A stretch of DNA of 64,000 nt, from NCBI GenBank assembly GCA_013265495.1, contig MU060645.1:992001-1056000 (forward strand). Direction: 5' to 3'. The notes under the pieces were generated by a model. It was not told the DNA's origin and ran no database searches. It saw only the letters and a list, made by a program, of their open reading frames with translations. This document shows positions 24,246 through 37,900 of this stretch, in pieces. Both the position numbers and the translations under genes were made by a program. Position 1 is the first letter of the stretch, and the number at the start of each line of letters is the position of its first letter. Source of the stretch: Vicugna vicugna. Taxonomy: Eukaryota.

Positions 24246-25417
24246 CTCTGGGTTGTTCAAGCCATTAAGATTGCTTTATGACAGTAAGTAGGTAGAATTA
24301 AAGTCAATGACATATTGCAAGATAGCCTCCTTTGAAAATGGAATGAAATAGGCTGTGTAAAAGGTTGCCTCATTCAATCTGTTACTGCCAAGAATGAAGG
24401 CATTAAAAGAGCCATGTGCACTAGCCTTGCATTATCTGTCATTATCCTGTGAAACACCACAGACTGTGAGCATCAAAGGAACAAGTTATATTTTACATAC
24501 CAGCAACTGCCCTCCAGCACAAAAACACAAGATAGCACAAATCATAAACCAATTTTCAGAATCTGTATTTAGATCAACAAACTCTCATGCTGAACTGAAC
24601 AGTAAAATCCTCATTCGAATTCAGTTATTTTTATATATAGAAAACGTGTAGTGATTAGAACTAAAGTATCACACGAGTAAATATCACTCATTGACAAAAC
24701 TTAGAGAAATTAATTTGGAAATTTGGTAAGTCTTTTGGAATATTAATAAACTGAGAGGGTTTCAAAAGATTCTAGTCCAAATTTAAGACACATGGTATCA
24801 TATAGGAAGCTCTTCCTCAAGATATCTTTTGCTTTTATCATATATAGGTTTCCAACAGATCTAACGAGTGTTAACTATAAATCAGGCATGAATATTAAAC
24901 ACAGCATCTCTGCTGGCCACAGGAAAACTATAAAATTCTTTAATGATGTAGGACAGCATAAGAGAAAATCACTGTGCTGGCGATTTGGGGGATTTTCACT
25001 TTTACTCCATTTTTGTCAATAACCAGCTATGTGTCCTTTGCAAAGTGACAATCAATTTTTTATTTTACCATCCCTAACATGAAAAGATTCAACTGGATGG
25101 TCTCCAAGGCTCTACTCATATCTATGATTCCTGAAAATGTAAATATTTAAAGGAACAGTGAAAACTAAAACAATCTGCTAGAATCCTGGCAAGTGTGGAA
25201 ACCATACAGCAGTATGAGTAACTAACCTTTTCAGGTTTCAAGTACAAAAACCAATCTGAATCCAAGGTGCCTTCAGCAAAAACGATGGGTCAGCTGTTAG
25301 TTTAAAAATGTATATCCTGTTGACCCAACCAGTTACAAGCACAAGTCAGAGACTGTGCATACACAGTGCAGAAAGAACTGAGAGCTAAAATCCTTTGTCC
25401 AAATATGTTTTACTCAC

Positions 25418-25439
25418 TGATAGAGATCCCCATATTACA
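25418..25439 (-). other. candidate 22-nt microexon (VIWGSLS or CNMGISI)
   Basis: cactaac branch point, ctctttgtggccattttgttgccatcctcaacag| acceptor, TCA|gtgagt donor. Confidence 0.35.
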
Positions 25440-25864
25440 CTGTTGAGGATGGCAACAAAATGGCCACAAAGAGGTTAGTGTTTTTCCTAACACACATGCA
25501 CAACAATAAAGGAGTATAATGAAACTATTTTTAAAAAAGAAAAATGAGATACTTGAAAGGATGATGAAAAAGTCGATGTGAGTGAAAAATTATAAATTGA
25601 TTTGATGTAAAGAAATTTAACTATTTAAACTAGATTATAACGCAAAGTACACTAATTTTGGCCTATAATAAATAAAATTTAGATTTAGCCTCTGATTTCA
25701 AAGTCACCATATAGTATGAAATCTACTTATAGTATGTGGACATGGATGAGCAAAATACTGCTTGTACATTTTGCGTTAAATAAGATTGGTACTTATCTAG
25801 CAATAAAGAAAACAGAATCTGGAAAATGGCCATTCTAAGGACTATGTCAACATTCACTCTTTCA

Positions 25865-26170
25865 CTGATCCACTTATTCATTCACTCCAAAGGGAATTTT
25901 CTTTGTGCTTACATCTGTTTTAAGTTCTGGGATAACTCATTCATTCAAAACTGAGCTTATTCAGCATCTGTGCTGGGATCTGGGGATACAAAATGAGTAA
26001 GCCACAGTCCTGGCTCTCAAGGAACTTGTCGTCCGTCCAGCAGAAGCCAGACATAGCCACATACAAGTAAAATGAATATAGTGTTTTTGTTCTCTATAAT
26101 TGATAGTGTGTGCAGCATAAAGTCATGTCACAAAGGAAGAAGTGGCCAAATAGCAGAAAACAGCTATGAA
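25865..26170 (-). mobile_element. L2 3' region
   Basis: tcattcattcaaaactgagcttattcagc...tggggatacaaaatgagtaagccacagtcctggctctcaaggaactt. Confidence 0.8.
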
Positions 26171-26639
26171 AATTCAGAGCCTATAATGAAAATACATTTC
26201 TCCCTGCCACCTCCACCCTCTTAACACTTCAAAGATTGCAGGGATGTTTATGTGGACATTAATGTTTTTCACCTGGATGCCAACGAAAAGGAAACATTTG
26301 CTCTAAAGGATAAAGCACTATTGACAAGCACTAAGATTTACTGAGCCTGTTTGGACACATACTGCCAGGGTATGCATTTCCTTCTGGAAATAAAGATCAG
26401 AGAAAAACACATTCAAAACAACACAGTTGTCCAGTTCCAGCATTTTGAATTTATTTTGTGATCTTTTCTACCAGAAATTTTCCTGTGGTTAGCTAAACAC
26501 ATAATTTATGCATATGTATTCAAATTTATGAAAATTTAAATTTCCAAATTACTAGATGAACAGAAGAGGTCAGATTTCTCATTAGTTTCCCTGGCCTTCA
26601 ATTTAATTCATTTTATATATTATACCTGTGTTAGTTTGT

Positions 26640-27320
26640 TATCTCTCTTCTCAGGATGATTCTACCTCTACTATGTCCTTCAATTTTACCTTCTCCTTCT
26701 CGTTTCCACTGGCAGTGTGCTAGTTCAGAGGCGTTATTACCTCTCACCTGTACTACTGTAATTGCCTCCAGACTTATCTCTCTCCCTCCAGTCTCAGCCT
26801 GCTCCTTCTTTCCTATCTATAAATTATTGCTAAATGAATTTGCCTGGAGTTTAACTTGATCATGTTGCCCCCAGCTGGAACACCTTTAGAAGCTGCCTAC
26901 TGCCTACCATATTAAGCACAAACTTCTCACCTGATATGTGACAAGCCTCTAAAGCTTCGCTATACAAAGTGTGGTCTGCATACCAGCAATACAAACATCG
27001 CCTTGCAGTTTATTAGAAATGTAGACTCCTGGGCCCCAGCTCAGATCTCTGATTGATTTGGGCTCATTAAATTTTGAGGAGCACTGCTCCAAAGCACCGC
27101 CAAGCTGCCTTCCGATCTTTGTTGCCTATCACCTCCTTTTCCTAGCCCAAATATACAACTAAATTAGTCCTGAAAACACCTTTCTGACTTTGCACCACAA
27201 TGGCTCCAGCTTCAAATACCACAGAGCAGAGCATTCTGTTTTGTGAATTTGTCTGATTACCATCTTGTTACCTCCTTGAAGGTAGAGATTAACAGATTAT
27301 TCACCTTGTCTCTCTTAATG
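26640..27320 (+). mobile_element. L2, interrupted by MER5A
   Basis: ttacctctcacctgtactactgtaattgcctcc...ttgatcatgttgcccccagctggaacaccttt; resumes after 27090. Confidence 0.75.
26955..27090. mobile_element. MER5A nested in L2
   Basis: caaagtgtggtctgcataccagcaatacaaacatcgcc...ttattagaaatgtagactcctgggcccc. Confidence 0.8.
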
Positions 27321-28099
27321 TGATGGTAAGAAAAATGAGTTCCCACTCCCTGGGTGCTGAGGACTTGCTTAACTGGGCCATGAGAAGAAACTTCACAACT
27401 TTTTTCTATTTATGTTCATCTCATTATTTTAATTCTCTGTTATTTAGGTTTTCAATATTAACTATTAATATAGTAATGTATATGAATTTCTTGTTAACAG
27501 ACAGAAAGACATCTGTTGAGGTGCTTGATCAAAAATATTTTGACTGACAGGATTGCATGATCAAAAATTTGGGGAGACCACAGCCTGACACACCAAGTTC
27601 ATGGTGTTCTGCAGGAATTAAACAGATATTTGTCAACTGAAACGAAAATTTACAACTGGCTGCAGTACACCATGTCTAAGACTATCTGATGCAAGTGAGA
27701 TTTTTAAAAATTTCTTGGGTCAGATAAACCTTTCCAGGTTTAGGGGAAAGCTGCTGCAAAGTGTTAAAAATGAGCATTTTCACTTACTTGTTGGATAAAA
27801 GGTAAACTAAAGATGTTGTCAAAGTTCAAATGGGTAAGTCATTTTAACCTAGCAATAGGAAGCATTTACTCAAAATGTATTAGCTTCAATAATCATCAAG
27901 CAATGGGGAATATTACAATTTAAGACTGTTTCCTGGATGATGGTTCCTATTTTGAACACAGCCTTTCTATAATTAAGTATGCTTTCAGAATATAGGTTAA
28001 TTTTCTTACTACGGATTAGAGAGTTCTCTATACGGGACCTTCTCTCCCGCAGCACAACTAGCTTATTGCCCCACTCCATAGCAGCACTTAAGCACGGAC

Positions 28100-28392
28100 A
28101 TTGACTTGTTTAAGTCTTTCCTCAAGAGGCTGCCCCTGCCCTCTCTCCTCCCAGGCTAGGTCTCCCTGATACTCATATAGCAACTTCCACTGATTATACC
28201 AAAACACTCATTCCACTGTTTTGTAATGTCTTGGCTAACTTCTAAATTTTCTCATGGACTAGAAGCTCTCTGAGGGCCGGGGTTAATGTCTATCTTGTTA
28301 AATGCTCTATTCAAAGTCCTTGGCATAGTTGGTGGCATATAGTAGGCACTCCATAAATATTTGTTGAATAGATAAATGAACCAATGAATGCA
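28100..28392 (+). mobile_element. L2a-like 3' end
   Basis: actagaagctctctgagggccgggg...ggcatatagtaggcactccataaatatttgttgaatagataaatgaa. Confidence 0.9.
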
Positions 28393-28409
28393 TTCATCAT
28401 GTAAGATGC

Positions 28410-28575
28410 ATAATGGAAATTTGGTCTCCTAGCTTAGCTTTAAGATTGGTTATGTGTGAAGTGAGAGAATACTGACTTTGCAGGATTCTTTTATGATTAT
28501 ATGAAATTAGGTATGTAATAGCTCAGTGCTTAGGAATGGCACACAATAAGAAAGTGGTAATTACTATTATTAGCA
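28410..28575 (+). mobile_element. MIR fragment
   Basis: gtgaagtgagagaatactgactttgcaggatt...tatgtaatagctcagtgcttaggaatggcacacaataag. Confidence 0.65.
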
Positions 28576-28891
28576 TTTATCAGCAATATATTATTACTAT
28601 CAGTTTAGTAAAATTAAGAAATCCATTCATAATGCTTTAAAGAAAATAATGAAACACAAAATTATAAAATAAAACATTAAAACCATCTATCAACATTAAA
28701 TCAGAATAAAACTGCCATAGCTAATGAACAAATTTTACAACAATAATATATTATTCATTAAGAAAAATGAGATGCAGTATCCATATCACAGTAAAGTTAC
28801 TATCACCTCTACCTCACTATAAAGTGACAGTAATGTTGCTATGAACATATCCAAGAAAACTAAAATAGAAAAATGACTCCATCACACTTAC

Positions 28892-28950
28892 CAAATTAAT
28901 ACGCAATCTTTCAGAAAATGTAATATTCTACCACACAAAGACATTCGGTC
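28892..28950 (-). other. candidate 59-nt exon (DRMSLCGRILHFLKDCVLI, the only open frame)
   Basis: acceptor attacaatattgctcttag|G and donor TTG|gtaagt. Confidence 0.3.
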
Positions 28951-29539
28951 CTAAGAGCAATATTGTAATAATTTCCTTGAGAAAGACTTACTTAAAGAGA
29001 AAAGAATGTTGATGTACTTAAAAATGGAATCTAGAAACTTGTCCCAGAGATTTATAGAGGGCCTCACTGATGAGTTATGCCATGTAAATCTTCTAAGTAT
29101 GCTTGGCTACCCAGTCCAAGTGCTATCCATTATAAAATGGCAGTTTTATTTCAGAAATGTACGTCACTTCAGAAATTCGCAGACATTTCTGGACTGTCTG
29201 ACCCTTGCTGCATTAAATTATGAACACATTGACCTTTGATCTGGTAAATAATGCATCTTTTATATAATGCACTTAGTCACCATCTACCAAAATTCATGTA
29301 CACTGTGTCACAAGCTGTAGACTGAATACTGGTAGAGGAGAGCTAGAAAAGAATTACCACGTAAATTCAGTTACAAAAAGAAGACACGTCACATGATTTA
29401 TCCAGTGAAAACCAACGATGTTGGCATCAGTTAAACGGTGTTACATAACTGACTTTACCAACTCCAATTATAATTTTAGTGGTTAAGTAACTAATACAGA
29501 GAAACTTTGGGGAGGAACTAGGTTGTCACTTTCTCTGTA

Positions 29540-29700
29540 ATATGCACTCTAGAAGCATTTCAAAATGCATTATCTAGTTAAAATCCTGAGGATCAATCTG
29601 TGAAGTACACATTTTTATTCTCTTTTTAAAGATGAGAAAATGAGAGATTAGGTGACTTATCCAAGACCCCAAAGATAGATGGTAGAAGACGGTGCTCATT
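29540..29700 (-). mobile_element. MIR fragment
   Basis: ttctctttttaaagatgagaaaatgagagattaggtgacttatccaagacccc. Confidence 0.7.
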
Positions 29701-30374
29701 CTTTGGGACAGGTACCTTCGAGATGAAAGAGTAATAGAAAAACACAAATTTCTAAAAGGTGTGTGCCAAGTGTGATGAGGAGCCTTTAAGCATCATTTGA
29801 AAGATTTTTTTTCCATAAACAGTGATGCCACAAATTCCAATATTGGTAAATATCATTACCAACTTAAAAGTGCTATTTTCTAAATAAGGATCAATGCTAG
29901 CTAACCGATAAATGGGGTATCTCTAATGTAGTCATCAATCAGCATCATTTTTTCAGGGATTCAGAATTGAGTTTGGGACACAAGGTATTCTTTCCTGTGT
30001 TTTTGTATAATTAGACAAAGTGCAAGTGTTTGCAAGAGATATACCCTAGAGTCCTTTAGGGTAGGAGTGGGGTGGGTGGCAGAAATTCTTTTTTAAAAGT
30101 GTAGCATTGTTAATGAAATAAGGAAAGAATCCCTCAGGGTCATGCAAAATAACTAAAGGATTCAGGGTCAAAGAAAGAAATTAAAGTCAAGGGCACAAAT
30201 GTTCTGCTTTCAATCCTTTATTTATTCTCTTTCTTCTATTGCATGGGACTTTGGCCATTATAATATTATATATCTTATTTCAGAAAATAACTGAAACATT
30301 ACCCTTCTGACTTTCTTTTAACTCTTCATATTAACCAACTAGGGGAATTAATTTTTTCTTTAAAAAATGCAATT

Positions 30375-30610
30375 TAATATAATAACAATGGTAGCTAACC
30401 TTTATTAAGCATCGACCACACCTGCTGTTTTCTTCACATGCATTGTCATTTAATTCTGATTACAATCCTGTGAGGTAGGTAATACTGGTGTACTATTTTC
30501 TTAGAATAGTTTCTTAGATTAAATCCTAAGCTTAGTGAAGTAAACTATTGCCCAAGATCATGCAGCTAAAAAATGGAAGACTTAGAACTCAGATCCATTT
30601 CTACTATGTT
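30375..30610 (-). mobile_element. MIR
   Basis: cattgtcatttaattctgattacaatcctgtgaggtaggtaatact...ttgcccaagatcatgcagcta. Confidence 0.8.
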
Positions 30611-30999
30611 ATCAAAAAAGATCCCCTCAAATAACAACCTATTAACAAAGCTGCACCATGTTATTCCCTACAGTGACACTTATTAACATTCCCCATATCA
30701 ACCTGTTATTTGCTGTAGTAACACAAGCAGTGCACTTGCTCTTGGTTTGATTTGTTACAAATCCTAGTTACACTCACAACTGATCTGCAGAATTGGTATT
30801 GGGCACACATACACAAACACGATTATATTTAGAAATTCATGTGTAGACCATATTGTTTGTTTCCTTACCAATGAAGAGCTCTGTTCAAATATTTCAAAAT
30901 ACTTCAATGAATTATGAGAAAAACTGGAAACTAGAGATAGAGTAGGTGTTTTCCTTCCTCCCAACTGCTTCTTCCAATAAATTTTCTTCTTCCAGTAAG

Positions 31000-31300
31000 C
31001 TCAGCTGAAGTTTATGCCATCAGATCTCATCAACCACCTTCCGTCAAAGTTAGAGTCATATGTAGACCTCCTTGTCACTTCCTCTCCTTCAGTAAGAGTT
31101 CTAGAGCCTGAGTCACTGTCCCATTCCCTCATCCACATTTTGGTTATTTCAACATACACAAAGGTACCCCATCTCATACCCTGGTTTCTCAGTGTTTTTA
31201 TTGCCTCAACCCCAAGGATCTTTACTTTCACCCCATCTCAGCTTTCAAGTTTTGAGGTCACACCCAAATCCTGTCATCTCAATAACAAAACTAATCCCAA
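31000..31300 (+). mobile_element. L2 fragment
   Basis: tactttcaccccatctcagctttcaagttttgaggtcacacccaaatcctgtcatctc, L2 body. Confidence 0.55.
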
Positions 31301-32029
31301 AATTTACTTTTCAAAAACTCCACTCTTTATTTGTAAAGTAAAGGTAAGGTAAAGGGTTCCCAAATCCCTTTGGCCTTCTGCATTAGAATTTGATATTTGG
31401 TTAACTTTCCAGCTTTGAACCCCTGGAAATAAGTAAAGGTGGTATATTAAATGTGTTATAATACTGCAGGATTATGGTAAAAATGAGCCCAGACAGGTAA
31501 ATCTCCTGTGGACTAGAGGAAACTATAAATGAACCATAAATGCCTGCTCTGGATGTTATATCCTTGGACTTCTCTAAGTATAATGACTCGTAACAACTGG
31601 GCACGTTCCCAGAGGCTATGACTACAAATGTGATACAAGAGATGTTGGCTACTGTGGAATGAGTCTTTTAAGCCTGGGTGATTCCCATACGTGCCTGGTG
31701 TGATTCTAGTTCCATGGAATGGGGTGTGTGAGGAAGGGATGGTTAAAATATAGCACTCTCAGATGGCTGCGGGGACGGCTACGTAGACTGCTGGAAGGAC
31801 AGCTCTGAAGGGAGAAGGACACGTGGTGCTAGTTCCTGTTTTATATCCTTCAAAGTGAATATAATGCCGATTATGGCCTACAGTAGGCTTCTAGGTCTTT
31901 GATGCTAAGAAGATACCTCAATAGGTGTTACAATCAGCATCTTCTCTTGCTGTCTCATTTACTATCATATCTCTACTCCAAAATATGCTTCCCCTCAACA
32001 GGGTGCACTGTGCTAGGATCATGGAAAAG

Positions 32030-32200
32030 TACAAGTAGTGTAGTACACTGAAAAGGAATTACATCCATCTTTGGAGTCAGACAGAGCAGGGTTTGAATTC
32101 TGCCTAGCTCAGAGGCCTTTGGTTTATTTGCTTATCTTCTTTTAGCTGATTCCTCACTGTAAAATTGCATAAGTAATACATAACTTGCAATATTGTTGAG
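32030..32200 (+). mobile_element. MIR
   Basis: tttggagtcagacagagcagggtttgaattctgcctagctc...cctcactgtaaaattg. Confidence 0.75.
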
Positions 32201-32639
32201 GGTAGATGTGTTAAATAAATTAAATAACAAATTATAAATATATAATGTTTATAATACATTATTAGATCTGTATATTAATGTATATATTAAGAAGTGTTGA
32301 TCTATAATTACATTCATAATTGGGGTGTGTTCCTCACATTATGCTAATAAATGTTAAAAAATAATAGCAATAATAAAATAATGACTTATAAAGAGGCTGG
32401 AAATATAATACATGCTCTAAAATACTAACTACTAATTTCACGTTAGAGTGAAGGTAGAATATAAGAAAATCCTCGCTTGTAAGAAACTTGCAATCCACTC
32501 AAAAGTATGCATATTTGAAATTACTATATTTAATGTGTTATTTGATACTTAAGGAAAGACTCATGAGAAGGATCACTATGCCAAATTTAATAAGAAAACT
32601 CCATAATTTTTAAAATTCAAAAATCAGTGTAAAGCCATC

Positions 32640-32800
32640 TACTTCTGAGTGTTTGTGGTGGACATACTGTTGTATGAATGGTGTCTCAAACAAAGGCAGT
32701 TAATGAACACAATGAATGCACCAGAGAGCTCCCGTTACACTGAGCTTTTAGCTAGTTGTGGAAGAAGGGACTTTAATATAAAGACAACAACGGAACTTTC
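32640..32800 (-). mobile_element. L2 fragment
   Basis: tgagtgtttgtggtggacatactgttg...aatgcaccagagagctcccgttacactgagcttttagctag. Confidence 0.5.
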
Positions 32801-34107
32801 ACTGTAGAGGGTCCAAGTCTAAAAACAAACAAAGCCTCATTCACTTAACTTCAACTCAATGAAAACTGTCAACTCTCTGACAATTAAGTGTGGAATATAT
32901 ATATGTTTATAGTACACCACCTCATCCCAGAAAGCATTTAAGATTGCTATAAAAGTGAATAGAATTTATGAAATGAGGAAAATCTCTTTTAGCATCAGCT
33001 TGGTGAACAACAGATTTGGTGAAAGCTATTACATTAATGTCAGGGCCACTGGAATAAGAACTTGTCCTCTCAAAATGACTGCTTTGAAGACAAAAATACA
33101 CTAATATTACTGTTTAAGTTCTAGTCTTTTTGATTTAAAATTTTAGTTTAAGCATTTACAACGACACTTCTCTGGAAGGCAGCTGGTAATATGCATTCTT
33201 TATATTGTGATAGAGAGAAACCACAGGACAAATTATTATTAACATTTTACAGATTAATTTTCCAGATTGACTACTGACAATTTTGATTCCAAGAAACTGA
33301 AAAAAACTAAGATAAGAAGTCATCAACTAGCCATTCTTGACTGAGAGAACTAGGAATATACAAATCATGAACAATGAATGGAAGATGAAGACGCAAGTGG
33401 GCACCATAGGAACTGTAAGTGTGTAAGGGTCTTGCTGCGGGGGTGTGCAAAGTGAGACTATAGAAAGCAAATCATGAATAGATGTGGATCATGAGCATTC
33501 AAGGCCTAACAAGTGCTGTTTGTGATGAAAAAAGCAAAGAGTTTATAGGAGATGGTTTTCAAGTTTTCTCTCTAATTATTCCATGGTGCACATTTCCTTC
33601 TTGTGTTCAGTTTACAAGTTTAACCTATGATTCAATTTCCAGATTATCATGTAAGGTCTCAGTCTAATGATGAGCAGCATATTCTAATGTCCTTTAACCA
33701 CTACTGAAATCAAGTACAAATATAATATCCACACTCTATCACTGATTTCCATAAGCTAAATGACAATGTGTTCAAGTTCTTAGTATATGTAATTTACTTT
33801 ATAATCAGCTATGATAAAGACAGAAGTGACAGATTGATTTTGGAAATGCTAAAAGTAGTCTAATAGCTGAACCTCAAGTAGCAAAACTATTATCATACAC
33901 AAAGAAGTTCTAATTTTCTAAATTAATTTTTCTCTTTCAAAATGAAATATCCATTTTTTAATGATACATGAGACTCCATTTGGTAAAACCATAACTCAAA
34001 CTCTAGCAACAAGGGCCTTTGGATTATATCTTAAATATTTTACCAGATAAATTCAAATGACCAGGATTATTTTACTGAGTTACATGGGAAAAGTGAGACA
34101 TCCCAAA

Positions 34108-34606
34108 TGGGGAAAGCAGAATAATGGCCTCCTAAAGACATCCACGTCCTAATCTCCTGAACCCGTGAATATTTTATGTCACATGGCAAAGGGGGATTAA
34201 GGTAGCAGATGGAATTAGGGTTGCTAATCAGCCAACTTTATGGCATAGAGACATGCCTAGTTTATCCAGGTGATCCCAATGTAATTACAAGGGTTTTAAA
34301 TGTGAAAGAAAGAAGAAGACAAGTGGATGTCAGAGCTGTGCAGTGTGAGAGACTTAACCAGGTCATTGCTGGCTTTAAAGATGGAAGAGTGCCAAGAGCC
34401 AAGGACTCCAGGAAGCCTCTGGAAGTCAGAAAAAAGCAGGAAAATAGATTTCCCTCTAGAGCCTCCAGAAAGGAATGATGATATTTTGATTTTAGCCCAG
34501 TGAGATCCATTTAGGACATGTGAGATCCAGAATGAGAATAAATGTGTGCTGTTTAAGCTACTAAATTTGTTGTAATTTGTTACAGCAGCAATAGGACACA
34601 GATACA
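34108..34606 (+). mobile_element. MLT1D solo LTR (near full length)
   Basis: gcagaataatggcctcctaaagacatccacgtcctaatctcctgaacccgtgaatat...gtttaagctactaaatttgttgtaatttgttacagcagcaataggacacagataca. Confidence 0.92.
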
Positions 34607-35129
34607 CAAACCAAAGATTGTTTTACTCTAAGAAATCTCTGTTGTCAAATCCTCATGATGGAAAGTTATTTGGAAGTACTAAATATTGTAGTTGACCAAA
34701 CTGATTGCTACTACCCGCTAGATATTGGGGATCAATTGCTAGAAACAAATCTAGTTAATGCAGTAATTTCAATTACTTACTTTGAATTTTTCTGTTTTCT
34801 TCGAACAATGAAAAATTCACAAGTTGGTATGCACTCAATTAGTCCACAAACAATAATTAAGCCTCTATTATACAGAGGAGGACACTGTGCCAGTTGATGA
34901 TAAGAAGCTATGATACAAAGTGACACAGTATATAATCACAAATGCCTACAACTTGTATCTTGAAAAATGGGTAACATTTGACTATATGAATTTGGGAGTA
35001 AAGATGAAAACATATTCAAGAAAAGTATGAGAAAGGGCATAAAAATTGGAAGTCACAAGTGTACTGTCAGTAGCCTACTGTATCTTCCTCCAGAAGAGAC
35101 ATAAACTAAGATTACTTTGGAAACAATAA

Positions 35130-35400
35130 GTAGGTTAGGGGAGCAGTTCTGTGCACTCTGCTTTGACTTCCAACTGTGAGACCTGAGGGTGTTCCCTGAC
35201 TGTCTTTGAGTGGTTCTTTCCACTTGCACTAGAAGCAGATGGAGCTGAAGACTTAAAGCCCCTAGGGAGTAGCCCTAAGCCAATGACTGATGTGAGCTGG
35301 TGTATGAATGAAGATCCCACGACCCTCAGATCAAACAACTCACAGCTGGATCGTGCAGGTGACAGCTCCAAGCCAGGGATGCCACTTTAAAGCTTTGGCA
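35130..35400 (-). mobile_element. LTR16-like ERVL LTR fragment
   Basis: gggagtagccctaagccaatgactgatgtgagctggtgtatgaat matches the recalled LTR16 antisense motif. Confidence 0.65.
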
Positions 35401-36574
35401 ACAATTACTGGAAGAATTAATCAGGTCAAAACCATGCAGAAGCAGTGAGACTAAAAACACTGTGAAGGTGAAAGAGATAGGAACTGGCAACTTACTTCAC
35501 ATGGAGAGCAAACAGATAATGTGACAATTGGGGATGGAGCAGGTCTTTCTTATTTTCATGCTCTATCACATTTTTTTTTCAGAAAATACGTCAAATGTCA
35601 AGTAGGATGTGAACGATTGATATTGGGTAGATGACATTAGATGTCCTAGTTATTGAAAGGATTCTGAAAATCCAAATAAACTAGATAAATAACATGAATT
35701 AGTATTTTAAACATACGTACATGATATAGTAATAAAGCATACTAGATTTTTCATTATGCCATCATAGTTTTTTGTATCTTCTGGTCTAAATGGATTCTTT
35801 GTTCTGTTCCTAAGCAAAACAGTAATAGAGAAATTACAGAGATAAATGATTATCAAGCAGGGTGAAATTTTAGAGTGCTAGTACTGACAAGAATGAGACA
35901 GCTGTAAGGTTAGGTGTGCACCGAGAATAAATATAACCACTCCCAAAGTCTCCAGAAGCTCATTAACTTTGAATAAACTCCACCTCAGTTATCCACTGTA
36001 CAAGTGCTATCTCAGGTTGTTGAAAGAGGTTGGTAACTTCCAAGATTTCATCTGACTCAGACTGACAAAAGGGAATATGATTATTTAAAGTCATTTAATC
36101 ATTAAAATCATACTTTTGTTGCCAAGCAGAGAAGAAGGTATCCTACTGAGAGAGCAAAAGTGTTTTCATTGATACTATAAAGAATATTCTTCAAAAACAA
36201 AGAATCATCTTTGAGTCTCTGAATGGACAGTTACATGAGAAATTCAATTTTTAAACCAGTCAGATATTGAAGAAAACATTTTGCTTAATGACTGATGTTT
36301 GTTTTAACTCCCAGCAAGTGACTTGATTGATTGTGTCTTTGCCTAGGAGATTATGTCTTTATCTTGCAAAAAGAGGTGGCAATAGGAATTCATTTGAGAA
36401 TACACCATGCTTTGATAACTGTGTATCACTGAAATTCTCTCTTATTTGCACAAGAACAGAGGAATGGTCAGTGATCCATAAGATCATAATTCTTCCACCA
36501 ATAAATCTAAACAGTCACCAAGGCAATTAAAATAATTTGAATATCTGGATGGCCCTTATATCTTCCAGAGAGCA

Positions 36575-36775
36575 TATGTAATATACAAACATTTTATATA
36601 GAATATATGTGTATGTGTATATATATGTTTATATATGAGTATATGTATATGTATATTATATATACTTTCAAACATAATATATGCATATATCATAAACATA
36701 GATATACATACATGTCTGTAAATATGTATGTTTGAATGTGTATTATGTGTACATACATATATATGTGGGGGGGTA
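36575..36775. repeat. degenerate (TA)/(TG)/(CA) simple repeat
   Basis: seen directly. Confidence 0.85.
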
Positions 36776-37539
36776 TACTCTCTATGAGACAAACTCTAAA
36801 ATGAAGGAGTGATTGAATAATTGAATAGCATTATAAAAATCTCTTACAAAATTCTAGCATCTGGTAATTCACAAAAAGGTATCTTGCATTTATTGTCTGA
36901 CTTACTATCATCACTGAATATAAAAATAGTATTGCACTGCCTTTGGAAAGTCCTGCTCCACTGGCAGTGATCACATACTCCAAGAGACTTCTGTTATGGC
37001 TGTAGTATATATCAGTAATATATAATATCTATTTTTCTACGTTGGTAAGATTAATAAAAACACTAATTGGCCTCTCTGAAAAAATATTCTCTCTATGTGG
37101 TAGAGGAATACGAAAGGCTTTTGAGCGTGCCTACGATATACAGTCTTATGATTCTGAAATAATAAAACAGCTTATGATTGATGAAGCCACAGGGCCTAAA
37201 GAACTTCCACAGAATATAGAAGAGAATAAACTATGGCAAGCAAGAGTAACAATGATGAATTTGTCGAGGCATTTTTTTTCCCCTTGGAGGTAGACAGAGT
37301 ACAATCATTACTCTTATAAATGGGAAATTCATCATAGTTTTGGTCACTGTGGTAATATCACCTCAATCCTGGTAACGAAACATACATACACCCACACATC
37401 CCCATCTCAGTCCTCTAGAAAAAAGTGACCAAAAACCCTAAATCAAAGGCTTCTTTATGAATATAGACATAAATTTAAACCGGGTACACAACTACTGTGT
37501 GGGGGCATTTTTGCCCTCTTTTTATATCTCTAGATATTT

Positions 37540-37900
37540 AAATCAGAATAATCCTGAGCTGCCAGTAAAACACAAATCTCTACTTTCAAATGCCCAGGAG
37601 ATTTCAACTGCATATGTTGAGATAGGAATGTGACCACAAACCGAAACAACCAATTTTGTTACTTCACGGGATCCCTGGGCTGTGCACTGATTCAGAAGAA
37701 AATGAAAGAGACACAGCAATCGCTGCCAACGTATCCTCATTCTGTGTCTCCCTCCCGCTCTCTAGCAGTCTGCTTACGTGAAGGAATTGCCAGCACTTCA
37801 GCCTGAAGAAGCGTAATTAGGAATTGTGCCAAACTGCTTGTCAAGGATGGTGACCTGCCTTGTAGAAAACCACCTCAATTGGAAGTAGAAAGGTGAGTTT
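37540..37900. promoter_or_regulatory. unique CpG-retaining island with splice signals on both strands (possible alternative first/UTR exon or enhancer)
   Basis: plus: tctccctcccgctctctag|37766..37892|gtgagt (stops in all frames); minus: cttcttcag|37802..37778|gtaagc; TTACGTGA motif at about 37774-37781. Confidence 0.25.

Noticed and set aside
28018-28031. Palindrome tagagagttctcta
   Set aside because: 6-bp arms are expected by chance, and it sits next to L2-derived sequence.
34781-34798. 18-nt exon candidate (KTEKFK), plus similar weak candidates near 8.4, 21.3, 29.7, 48.0 and 50.35 kb
   Set aside because: Weak or AAG acceptors, or poor donors; within chance expectation.
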